A DNA stretch of 64,000 nucleotides from Candidatus Rokuibacteriota bacterium (GTDB lineage: Bacteria > Methylomirabilota > Methylomirabilia > Rokubacteriales > CSP1-6). Position 1 is the stretch's first letter. Every line of letters begins with the position of its first letter. The DNA lies in assembly GCA_003220475.1 (NCBI GenBank), contig QHSO01000015.1:12479-76478 (forward strand), given 5' to 3'. The position numbers and the translations under genes are program-made. The notes below the pieces were generated by a model. The model had not been told where the DNA came from. It ran no database searches and saw only the letters and a program-made list of their open reading frames with translations. Shown piece after piece: positions 1 to 8,031 of the stretch.

Positions 1-255
1 CTGCGCGTGGACAGCGACGTCGTGCGGGTCTGCGAGGAAACGCGTCGGCCGTTGCGGGGCCAGGCCGGAGTCTGGCGACAGGAGGCGCGCGTGGTGCGCG
101 CCACCGATGGCGGCGAGCGCCTGCGCGCGGAGGTCACGACGCCGGACGTGGAGGCGGAGTGCGACGGCCCGCAACCGACCGTGCAACGGCGAGGCATGCA
201 GGCGATGACGACGGCCGCGGTCGAGCGGCTCGTCGCAAAGATCTTCGCGCGCTGA
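1..255 (+). CDS. 3' end of an unidentified CDS that enters from upstream of the window
   Basis: Frame +1 is open from base 1 to the TGA at 253-255 and shows strong G/C third-position bias. No domain is recognisable. Confidence 0.35.
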   Translation: MRVDSDVVRVCEETRRPLRGQAGVWRQEARVVRATDGGERLRAEVTTPDVEAECDGPQPTVQRRGMQAMTTAAVERLVAKIFAR

Positions 256-261
256 CCGCGC

Positions 262-1167
262 TCAGCTGGGCAGCGCGACGTTGCCGTCGGGCTCGCGCAC
301 GTTGCCCTCGCGCGCCCGCGTGCGGATGGCGACCACCTGCCGGCCCTCGGGGTCCTTCACCTCGAACTCCTCGATGAGGCCCGCCGCGAGCAGCTGCTGT
401 ACCAGCGTCTCGCGCTCCTGCCCAGCCGGCGGCAGCGCGTGCGACTTCCAGCGCATGACGAAATAGCCGCGACTCACGTGCGGCAGCCGCGCTTCCGCGC
501 GCTGCAGCTCGGACAGCGCGCGGTCCAGCGTGTCTTCCGCCGGCGGCGACAGCGTCGCCGGACCGAAGGCCGGGCGCGGCCCGCGCAGCGGGACGCCGCG
601 CTCGCGGTCCAGGAGCCGCGGACGCTCGACGCGAAACGCGGCGATGCCGTCGCTCAGCCGGATCTGGCCGAAGCAGCGCACGCGCAGATCGGTCGAGAGC
701 TCTTCGGCGGACCACGTCGCCACCCACACCTGTTTGCCGAGCGCGTTGACGGCTTCTACCGCAGGCACGAAATCGTCGTCGCCCGAGATCAGGACGGCGG
801 CGTCGTACGCGCCGTTGGCCGCGTAATGGATTAAATCCGCCACGAGCCGGGTGTCGACGCGCTTCTCCGTCGTGTACTCGTACTCGCTGCCGCAGTTCGG
901 GCATCGGCCCGTCCGTCGCACGCGCGGATCGCGCTTGACGAAGTAGCCGGGCCGCAGCTCCAGGCCCTTGAGGAATGCTTCGACCTGCTGCGGCGCGCCG
1001 GACGACACGCCGACGTAGTAGTACGCGCCGCCGAACACGGCGCCATCGCCGCCGACCTTCTGCGTGATCCAGAGGGCGAGCCGGTCGTAGTCGACGCGGA
1101 GGGATTCGTCATACCGCAGCAGCGAGCGGTAGAAGTTCTGCCCGTCAAAGAAAATGCAGATCTTCAT
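262..1167 (-). CDS. NYN/LabA-like (PIN-fold) domain protein with an inserted zinc ribbon and an unassigned C-terminal domain
   Basis: 301-aa ORF. The N-terminus reads KICIFFDGQNFY ... LISGDDDFVPAV, typical of LabA/NYN. A CPNCGSEYEYTTEKRVD CxxC insert is present. About 120 aa at the C-terminus are unassigned. Confidence 0.8.
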   Translation of the reverse strand: MKICIFFDGQNFYRSLLRYDESLRVDYDRLALWITQKVGGDGAVFGGAYYYVGVSSGAPQQVEAFLKGLELRPGYFVKRDPRVRRTGRCPNCGSEYEYTTEKRVDTRLVADLIHYAANGAYDAAVLISGDDDFVPAVEAVNALGKQVWVATWSAEELSTDLRVRCFGQIRLSDGIAAFRVERPRLLDRERGVPLRGPRPAFGPATLSPPAEDTLDRALSELQRAEARLPHVSRGYFVMRWKSHALPPAGQERETLVQQLLAAGLIEEFEVKDPEGRQVVAIRTRAREGNVREPDGNVALPS

Positions 1168-1191
1168 AATGCCGCGATCCTACCACGGCCT

Positions 1192-1491
1192 TTGGCGCCG
1201 CGCCGAACTTGCCCCGCGCGCAAGAGCCCGACCGCCGGGCCGCTCGCCGAGCACGGAAAATGCGCCGGCCAGATCCCGAGAAGACGCGAAACGAAACGGC
1301 GGGTCATCGCCGGGGACTTGCCGCGTCTGGCCGGCTTCCGGATCTGGTCGTGGGTCAGCACGGGGCGGACGTGCGATGGCTGCGGCGAAGTCGTGGGCGC
1401 CGCGGAGATCCAGCACGACGTCGACGTCGGCGGTACGGTCGTGCTGCGGCTTCACCCCGAGTGCTTCCGCGCGTGGTCCGTCGAGGATTAA
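1192..1491 (+). CDS. small hypothetical protein (start uncertain; only the C-terminal ~55 codons look coding)
   Basis: The 3' part (RTCDGCGEVV...LHPECFRAWSVED) has good GC3 bias. There is no in-frame ATG. The candidate starts are TTG at 1192 or TTG at 1318. Its TAA overlaps the convergent receiver-gene stop within TTAA. Confidence 0.25.
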   Translation: MAPRRTCPARKSPTAGPLAEHGKCAGQIPRRRETKRRVIAGDLPRLAGFRIWSWVSTGRTCDGCGEVVGAAEIQHDVDVGGTVVLRLHPECFRAWSVED

Positions 1492-1916
1492 TCGGGCGGC
1501 GGGTCGTCCGGATGGCTGCGCAGCGCGAGCGCGGCCAGCACCGCGTCGACCACGCCTTCGGGACGCACGGGCTTGGCCACGTACGCGTCGAAGCCGGCGT
1601 CGAGAATTTCTTCACGGGCGACGACGGCGGTGACGGCAACGACCGGAATCATCTGTGTGCGTTGCGAGCCGCGCAGCTGCTCGAGCAGCCAGAAACCGTC
1701 GTGGCCCGGTAGCATGATGTCGGTGACGATGACGTGCGGTCGCACCGTGCGGAGAATCGCCAGCGCCTCTTCGGCGCTCGCGGTGCCGAGGACCATCGCG
1801 CCCTCGTAATCGAGCATCGCGCAGAACACGTCGCGCGCGTCCTTGTCGTCCTCGACGACCAGCACGTGGCGGCCGACGAGGCTTCCGACCGGGTTCAGCG
1901 CGTAGCGAACATCCAT
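1488..1916 (-). CDS. stand-alone response regulator receiver domain (CheY-like)
   Basis: The protein runs MDVRY...HVLVVEDDKDARDVF...PHVIVTDIMLPGHDG...VVAVTA...AYVAKP, which are the classic receiver motifs, and has no output domain. I chose the ATG at 1916; the track ORF extends to 2009. Confidence 0.85.
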   Translation of the reverse strand: MDVRYALNPVGSLVGRHVLVVEDDKDARDVFCAMLDYEGAMVLGTASAEEALAILRTVRPHVIVTDIMLPGHDGFWLLEQLRGSQRTQMIPVVAVTAVVAREEILDAGFDAYVAKPVRPEGVVDAVLAALALRSHPDDPPPD

Positions 1917-2025
1917 GAGGCTCTCTTCTACAAGCAAGCCTATCGCCACCCACCATCGGCGACTCGCACGTTCTGGATGTGGAAAACCTTTCGGCGCCGC
2001 CGGCAGCAATTACAAGGATGCTGGA

Positions 2026-2102
2026 TGGTGGCCGATGCTGGATTCGAACCAGCGACCTCGTGCATGTGAGGCACGCGCTCTAACCAACTGAGCTAATCGG
2101 CC
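2026..2102 (-). tRNA. tRNA-Val (anticodon CAC), CCA encoded
   Basis: The reverse complement reads GGCCGAT TA GCTC AGTTGGTTA GAGC G CGTGC CTCACAT GCACG AGGTC GCTGG TTCGAAT CCAGC ATCGGCC ACCA. All four cloverleaf stems pair, and the anticodon loop is CT-CAC-AT. Confidence 0.93.
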
Positions 2103-2192
2103 GTGCCCGTGAATCTACAGAGTTAGCCGCGCCTAGTCAATCGTCCGGCGCCGGAATAATCGCCATTCCCCGCGCGCCGGAAGTGGCAGGAT

Positions 2193-3326
2193 ATGGCGGT
2201 GCGTCGCGTCCTGATCCTCACCGCCTCTTATGGTTCGGGCCATAACGAGGCCGCGCGCTGCGTGGCGGCGGAGGTCGTCCGGCGCGGCGCCGAGCCGCTC
2301 GTCGTCGATCACTTCCGCGAGCTCGTGCACCCCGTCTTCGATCGCGCCACGCGCGCCCTGTATCTGACGCTCCTGCGTCGCCTGCCGGCGGTGTGGGGCC
2401 TCGCCTACGCCCTGGGCGACCGTCTTACGAGCGACTCGCCGCTCACGTTCGGCGCTTCACGGATGGGTGCGCGGCGTCTCGCCGCGGCTCTCGAGCGGTA
2501 CGCCCCCGACGCCGTTGTCACCGTGCACGCCACCCCCGCCGTCGCCATGGCGGCTCTCGCGCGCGCCGGCGGACGCGTGCCACCGCACACGACGGTGGTG
2601 ACCGACTTCGTCGCGCATGCGCAGTGGATCGCGCACGGCATCGACCGTTACTGCGTGGCTGCCGAGGAGGTCGGCCATGATCTCGTCGCGCGTGGCATTC
2701 CCCGCGACCGCGTGGTGGTGACCGGCGTGCCGGTGCGCGCGGCGTTCGCGACCGCATCGGACCCGCGCGAGGCGCGGCGCGAACTCGGTGTGCCGGACGA
2801 CGTGCCCATGGTGCTCGCGATGGCGGGCTCCCACGGTTCGGTCGGGCGCCTGCCCGACGTCGCGCGGGCGCTCGCGCGCGCGCCGCGTCCGCTCGCGGGC
2901 ATGCTGGTCGCCGGCCACGACCACACGCTGCGCGCGACGCTCGAGCGCCTCGCCGCCGGCACGTCGCTCCGCGTGCTCGGCTTCGTGCCCGACGTCCACC
3001 GACTCATGGCCGCCGCGGACATCGTCGTCACCAAGGCGGGCGGCATGACGCTGGCGGAGGCGATGGCCGTGCAGGTGCCGCTGCTGTTCTACGGCTCCCT
3101 GCCCGGTCAGGAGCGTCGCAACGAGCGGTTCGCGGCGGCGGCGGGCGTCGCGCTGGTCGCGCGCCGTCGCGCCGATCTGGACCGGCTGCTCGACCGAGCG
3201 CTGCGCGATCCCGAGCTGCTCGAGCATCTGCGCGAGGCGATGCGCGCGCGTGGACGTCCCGACGCCGCCCGCGCCGTCGTCGATCTCGTGCTCGCGGACT
3301 GCGCGCGCGCCGGAGTGTCGCGGTGA
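2193..3326 (+). CDS. GT28-family glycosyltransferase (MGDG synthase / UgtP-like diacylglycerol glycosyltransferase)
   Basis: 377 aa. The N-terminus VLILTASYGSGHNEAA and the C-terminus VVTKAGGMTLAEAMA...P are typical of the MGDG_synth plus Glyco_tran_28_C architecture. Confidence 0.8.
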   Translation: MAVRRVLILTASYGSGHNEAARCVAAEVVRRGAEPLVVDHFRELVHPVFDRATRALYLTLLRRLPAVWGLAYALGDRLTSDSPLTFGASRMGARRLAAALERYAPDAVVTVHATPAVAMAALARAGGRVPPHTTVVTDFVAHAQWIAHGIDRYCVAAEEVGHDLVARGIPRDRVVVTGVPVRAAFATASDPREARRELGVPDDVPMVLAMAGSHGSVGRLPDVARALARAPRPLAGMLVAGHDHTLRATLERLAAGTSLRVLGFVPDVHRLMAAADIVVTKAGGMTLAEAMAVQVPLLFYGSLPGQERRNERFAAAAGVALVARRRADLDRLLDRALRDPELLEHLREAMRARGRPDAARAVVDLVLADCARAGVSR

Positions 3327-4021
3327 TCGGTCAGGCGTTGGGCTGGGGCACCGGCGTAGGGGCCGCCGCGTGGGTCGGTTATGCGTGGCTGCCGCACCTG
3401 CTCACGCCGCTGTGCGCACGACGCGGCCCGCGCACCGGCCGTCGCGTGGCATTGAGCTTCGACGATGGCCCGGATCCCGACTGGACAGCACGCGTCCTGG
3501 AGATCCTCGCGAAGCACGACGTGAGCGCGACGTTCTTTCTCGTGGGCGAGCGCGCGGCACGCGCCCCCGCGAGCGTGCGCGCCATCGCCGGCGCCGGCCA
3601 CGAGATCGGCTCGCACAGCTGGTCGCACACGAGCCTGTGGCTGTGCGGCCCGCGCCGCACCGAGCGTGAGATCGCCCAGACGAAGCACCTGCTCGGCGAT
3701 CTCGCGGGCGCTCCCCCGGCGCTCTTCCGCCCACCATGGGGCATGGTCAACGCGGCGATGTTCGCGGCGCTCCGCCGCCACGCGCAGCGCTGCGTGTTCT
3801 GGTCGATCCAGCCGGAAGGTCTGCGGCCGGCGCCGGCCGAAGTCCAGGTCGCGCACGTGCTGCGGCGGGCGCACGCCGGCGCCATCGTCGACCTGCACGA
3901 TGCGGAGGGGACGCCAGGTGCGCCCGCGCGTCTCTGCGAGGCGTTGCCCGCGATGATCGACGGCCTGCGAGCGGCGGGTTACGGCTTCGCGACCGTGGGC
4001 GAGCTGCTCGCCGTCTCCTGA
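3323..4021 (+). CDS. polysaccharide deacetylase (NodB homology domain)
   Basis: The motifs LSFDDGPDP, ATFFLVG, GHEIGSHSWSH and FRPPWG are present. The GTG start overlaps the upstream TGA (GTGA). Confidence 0.85.
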   Translation: MIGQALGWGTGVGAAAWVGYAWLPHLLTPLCARRGPRTGRRVALSFDDGPDPDWTARVLEILAKHDVSATFFLVGERAARAPASVRAIAGAGHEIGSHSWSHTSLWLCGPRRTEREIAQTKHLLGDLAGAPPALFRPPWGMVNAAMFAALRRHAQRCVFWSIQPEGLRPAPAEVQVAHVLRRAHAGAIVDLHDAEGTPGAPARLCEALPAMIDGLRAAGYGFATVGELLAVS

Positions 4022-4076
4022 CGCCGCCGCGCCAGGAAGCGCACGAACTCCAGTCCCTCGCCGAGCCGGCGCTTCA

Positions 4077-5309
4077 TCACCGTGCGATCGCGCAGCATCT
4101 CGGCACCGAGCGCGACGAGCTGCCGCCCTCGAGCGCCTGCTCATAGAGCGCGGTGCCCGGGTACGGCGCGGCGAGCGAGACCTGCAGCGTGTGCGGATCG
4201 ATCTCCTGCGCGAAGCGAATGGTGGTCTCGATCGTCTCGCGCGTCTCGCCGGGCAGGCCGAGGATGAACGTCCCGTGGATATTGATGCCGAGCGCGCGCG
4301 CCGCCCGTGTGAACTCGCGCGCGCGATCCACGCGCGTGCCCTTGCGCACGTTGTTGAGAATGGTCTGGCTGCCCGACTCGTAGCCGACCAGGAGCAGCCG
4401 CAGCCCGTTGTCGCGAAAGACCTTGAGGCTCGCCGCCGGCACGTCGGCCTTGGCGTTGCACGACCAGGTGACGCCGAGCCGACCGAGCCCACGGGCGATC
4501 GCCTCCGCGCGCGGCAGGTCGTCGGTGAACGTGTCGTCGTCGAAAAAATATTCTTTCACCTGCGGGAAGAGTCGTCGCGCGTGGGCGATCTCGGCGACCA
4601 CGTTGTCGACGGACCGCGTGCGGTAGCGATGGCCACCCACCGTCTGCGGCCAGAGGCAGAACGTGCACTTCGAGCGGCAGCCGCGGCCCGTATAGAGCGA
4701 GAGGTACGGGTGCTGCAGATACCCGATGGCGTAGTGCTCGACGTCCAGATCGCGCGCGTACACGTCGACCACCCACGGCAGCGAGTCCATGTCCTCGAGG
4801 ACCGGACGCTCGGGCGTGCGGCGCAGCTCGCCGCCGATGTCGCGGTAGGAAAGCCCGGCGACCGACGCCGGCGGTCGTCCCTCGGCGATCTCGCGGATGG
4901 TGAAGTCGAACTCGTTGCCGCACACGAAGTCGAGCGCGGGCGACGCCGCCAGCGCGGCCTCTCGCTGCACGGCGACGTGCGCGCCGATCAGCCCGATCCG
5001 CAGCGCCGGGTTCTCGCCTTTCAGTGCCTCCGCGACCTTGACGTCGTGGGCGAACGACGGCGCGCTGGTGTGCAGGACGGCCAGCTCGTACTCGCGCGCG
5101 AGCGGCAGCACGTCGGCGAGCGTGAGGTCGGCGGGCGGCGCGTCGACGAGACGCGAGCCCGGCACGAGCGCCGCCGGCTGAGCGAGCCAGGTCGGATACC
5201 AGAACGACCGGATCTCGCGCCGCGCCTGGTAGCGCGAGCCGGCGCCGCCGTCGAAACCCTGAAACGATGGGGGATGAAGGAAGAGGGTCCGAAAAGTCAC
5301 GCGCCCCAT
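4077..5309 (-). CDS. hpnJ: HpnJ-family B12-binding radical SAM protein; the C-terminus appears disrupted (see findings)
   Basis: The N-terminus FLHPPSFQGFDGGAGSRYQARREIRSFWYPTWLAQPAAL and the radical SAM motif GRGCRSKCTFCLWPQT match my recollection of the HpnJ family (TIGR03471). The ORF ends abnormally after LYEQALEGG. A family-like C-terminal motif lies in another frame. Confidence 0.8.
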   Translation of the reverse strand: MGRVTFRTLFLHPPSFQGFDGGAGSRYQARREIRSFWYPTWLAQPAALVPGSRLVDAPPADLTLADVLPLAREYELAVLHTSAPSFAHDVKVAEALKGENPALRIGLIGAHVAVQREAALAASPALDFVCGNEFDFTIREIAEGRPPASVAGLSYRDIGGELRRTPERPVLEDMDSLPWVVDVYARDLDVEHYAIGYLQHPYLSLYTGRGCRSKCTFCLWPQTVGGHRYRTRSVDNVVAEIAHARRLFPQVKEYFFDDDTFTDDLPRAEAIARGLGRLGVTWSCNAKADVPAASLKVFRDNGLRLLLVGYESGSQTILNNVRKGTRVDRAREFTRAARALGINIHGTFILGLPGETRETIETTIRFAQEIDPHTLQVSLAAPYPGTALYEQALEGGSSSRSVPRCCAIAR

Positions 5310-5318
5310 CTTAGCCGA

Positions 5319-5675
5319 TCAGGTCCGCGACACCAGGAAGACGCCCAGCACGATGAAGCCGATGCCCGTCCACCGCAGCGGCGTGACCGCCTCGGCCAGC
5401 ATGAGCTGCGCGAGCAACGCGACGATGATGTAGTTGAGCGTCGTGAGCGGCAGCACCTTGCTCACGTCTTCGCGCGAGAGCAGCGCCATGTAGATGAAGA
5501 AGAAGGCGGCCTGCAGCGCCACGCCGAGCAGCACCCAGGGATTCGACAGCGTGCGGCCGAGCGGCGAGCCGACGGCCGCGGCGCCGACGACCTTCATCCC
5601 CTTGGCTAGAATGACGTGGCCGACGCCGCCGAGCAGGCTGGCGATAGCGACCCACAGCAGCGTGGTCGCCATCAC
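5319..5675 (-). CDS. small four-helix EamA/DMT-superfamily membrane protein (ArnE/ArnF-size)
   Basis: 118 aa and entirely hydrophobic, with four predicted helices and an EamA-like C-terminal GIGFIVLGVFLV. The start (GTG 5675 or ATG 5672) overlaps the upstream stop. Confidence 0.7.
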   Translation of the reverse strand: MMATTLLWVAIASLLGGVGHVILAKGMKVVGAAAVGSPLGRTLSNPWVLLGVALQAAFFFIYMALLSREDVSKVLPLTTLNYIIVALLAQLMLAEAVTPLRWTGIGFIVLGVFLVSRT

Positions 5676-6088
5676 AACGCCTTACCGATGGCCGACAGAA
5701 TCCCGCGCTCGACTTGTTTGTCGGACGCCGTGGCGATCGGCTCGTCCTTGTCCATCCAGAGGATGCGCTCGCGCTTGAAGACGTCGCGCTCGACGGTCAC
5801 GGTCGTCCGATTGTCGCTCGCCGCCTTCACGTAGAGCGTCAGCCGGTGCCGGCGGCCCTTCGCATACACGACGTAGTTGTCGCCGTCGACGCGCTGCGAT
5901 TCGGTGCCGATCATGCCGATGGTCCGGTCTTTCTTGTCGATGTCCCAGCCGAGCTGCTTGAGCACCGCCTCCGTGACCGTCCAGACACGCTCGACGGGCG
6001 CGTTGAACGTCTGCGCCACGGGCTCACCGGCCTGGGCCGCGCTGGCCAGGACGACCACGAGCGCCAGCGTGCAGATCAACGTTCGCAT
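5672..6088 (-). CDS. exported hypothetical protein (signal peptide)
   Basis: 138 aa. The signal peptide is MRTLICTLALVVVLASAAQA. A GAGGAGG RBS precedes the ATG. No family is recognised. Confidence 0.65.
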   Translation of the reverse strand: MRTLICTLALVVVLASAAQAGEPVAQTFNAPVERVWTVTEAVLKQLGWDIDKKDRTIGMIGTESQRVDGDNYVVYAKGRRHRLTLYVKAASDNRTTVTVERDVFKRERILWMDKDEPIATASDKQVERGILSAIGKAL

Positions 6089-6103
6089 TCGGGCCTCCTC
6101 ACA

Positions 6104-6787
6104 TCAATGCGGTCGTAAGCGTCCACCGGCCAGCGTGTAGACCGCGTGGGCGCCGTGGGCGGCGTCGGGCCGATGGCTCACCACGATCACCGCACCGCCC
6201 TCGCGTGCCCGCGCGCGCAACGATTCTAGAATCACCTCGCCGTTGGCGTCGTCGAGATTGCCGGTTGGCTCGTCCGCGAGCAAGAGGGGCGGGTCGTTGA
6301 GCACCGCGCGGCAGAACGCGACGCGCTGCTGCTCGCCGCCCGAGAGCTGGGCGGGATGGTGATCGCGACGCTCCCCCACGCCGAAACGCTCGAGCAGGGC
6401 CATCGCTCGGCGGCGCCGCTCGGCATCGACGCCGGTGGTGTAGCGCGCGCCGAGCAGCACGTTCTCGAGCGCCGTCAGCGCCGGCAGCAGCAGAAACGAC
6501 TGGAACACGAATCCGAGCCAGCGGCCGCGCTCGCGGCTCTTGGCTCCGCGCCCGAGCGTGCTCACGGGGCGGTCGGCGAAGCAGACCTCGCCCGCATCGG
6601 CGTCTTCGAGCAACCCGAGGACGTTGAGCAGCGTGCTCTTGCCCGAGCCCGAAGGCCCCTCGATCACCACGAGCTCGCCGCGGCGCACGACGAGATCCAC
6701 GCCGGCCAGCACCTCGATCGGCGCACCCGCCGGCGCCGCGAAGCGCTTCACCAGCCCGCGCGCGGTGAGGACCGTCTCAGGCGGCAC
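6104..6787 (-). CDS. ABC transporter ATP-binding protein (MacB/LolD/FtsE type)
   Basis: Walker A GPSGSGKST, signature LSGGEQQRV and Walker B LLLADEPTGNLD are present. 227 aa. The GTG start overlaps the permease end by 11 nt. Confidence 0.9.
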   Translation of the reverse strand: MPPETVLTARGLVKRFAAPAGAPIEVLAGVDLVVRRGELVVIEGPSGSGKSTLLNVLGLLEDADAGEVCFADRPVSTLGRGAKSRERGRWLGFVFQSFLLLPALTALENVLLGARYTTGVDAERRRRAMALLERFGVGERRDHHPAQLSGGEQQRVAFCRAVLNDPPLLLADEPTGNLDDANGEVILESLRARAREGGAVIVVSHRPDAAHGAHAVYTLAGGRLRPH

Positions 6788-7991
6788 TGCCCCTCCGAAT
6801 GGCCTCGGCGGGTGAGAGCCGCACGATGCGCAGCGCCGCGTACGCCGCGGCCGCCGCGCCGAGCAGCAGCGAGAACACGAGCGTGCCGCCGAGCAGCCGC
6901 GGCGAGAACAGGAACAGCTGCTGGCCGCTGCGGCGCGCCCAGCCGTCGATGCCGTGACCGAGCGCCAGCGCCAGCACGATCCCCACCGCGCCGCCCGAGA
7001 CCGTCACCGCGAGCGCCTCGGCGAGGATCTCGCCGCCGAGCTGCCAGTCGGTCGCGCCGAGCGCGCGCTTCACGCCGAAGTCGCGGACGCGCTCGAACAC
7101 CGCCGCCGCCACCGTGTTGGCGAGCGACAGCCCGCCGATGACGAACGCGAGCAGCCCGAGGCCGACGAGGAGTGCGGAGAAGAAGGCGGTCGACTGCCGC
7201 AGCAGCGACGACAGCTCGCTGGGGAGCTGGACGTTGACACCGGCGACACGATCCCGGATGCGCCGCGCGACGACGTCGGGATCTTCGCCCTCGCGCCAGC
7301 CGACGGCGGCGCCCGTATTGAGATCCTGCGCGCGCAGCGCGACGCCGCCGGAGGCCAGGACGGTGCGCAGCAGCCGATCCTTGGACACCCATTGATCGCG
7401 CGCATCCTCGATCGAGACGATGACGAAGCGATCGGGCGCGGTCAGCATCCGCTCGAGCACACCGACGACCTCGTACGGCTGGCCTTCCAGCTCGAGACGC
7501 GATCCGACCGCGAGACGCCGCGAGGCGGCGAACGAGGCGCCGATGACGGCCTTGCGACGATCGCCCTCGCGCAGGAACCGTCCCTCCTGCACGGGCAGCG
7601 TGCGGTAGTGGCGATTGGGTGACGGCACCGAGAGATCCATGCCGAGCACGAGTTCCTGCGTGAGCGTCATGAACTGCGAGGTGCTGGGATTGAGCGGCAG
7701 CATCACCTGTGGCTGCACCACCGCGACGCCGTCGACCGTGCGTATCGCCTCGACGGCCGCCGCCGGCAGCAGGCCACCGGCGGTGAAGCCGGCGCCCATG
7801 CCCATCCCCCGCCCCGCGACCGAGATCTGGCCGAGCACGAACCGATCGCCGCCCTCGATGAAGCGCACGATACGCTCGGCCATCGCGCCGAGCGCGACGA
7901 TGCCCGCGACGCCGATGGCAATGCCGGCGATGGTGAACAGGTAACCGCGAAGGACCCGACGCAACGCGTTGATCAGGCTCGCACGCCGCAT
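6777..7991 (-). CDS. ABC transporter permease, FtsX/MacB-like with a periplasmic domain
   Basis: 404 aa. An N-terminal transmembrane helix is followed by a ~200-aa periplasmic region and a C-terminal FtsX-type three-helix bundle (FGVKRALGAT...). Confidence 0.85.
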   Translation of the reverse strand: MRRASLINALRRVLRGYLFTIAGIAIGVAGIVALGAMAERIVRFIEGGDRFVLGQISVAGRGMGMGAGFTAGGLLPAAAVEAIRTVDGVAVVQPQVMLPLNPSTSQFMTLTQELVLGMDLSVPSPNRHYRTLPVQEGRFLREGDRRKAVIGASFAASRRLAVGSRLELEGQPYEVVGVLERMLTAPDRFVIVSIEDARDQWVSKDRLLRTVLASGGVALRAQDLNTGAAVGWREGEDPDVVARRIRDRVAGVNVQLPSELSSLLRQSTAFFSALLVGLGLLAFVIGGLSLANTVAAAVFERVRDFGVKRALGATDWQLGGEILAEALAVTVSGGAVGIVLALALGHGIDGWARRSGQQLFLFSPRLLGGTLVFSLLLGAAAAAYAALRIVRLSPAEAIRRGSAA

Positions 7992-8031
7992 CGCAGACTC
8001 GCCTCGGCCGTGGAACGGCCTGCGGCTCGCA

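Noticed and set aside
2026-4021. tRNA-Val as the attachment site of an integrated island
   Set aside because: No integrase, direct repeat of the tRNA 3' end, or compositional shift is visible next to the tRNA.
4077-5309. Calling the region a hopanoid biosynthesis locus because of hpnJ
   Set aside because: No shc, hpnH, hpnG, hpnI, hpnK or hpnN is present in 64 kb. The gene is embedded in a PKS-like and exporter array instead. I keep the family name but do not infer a hopanoid role.
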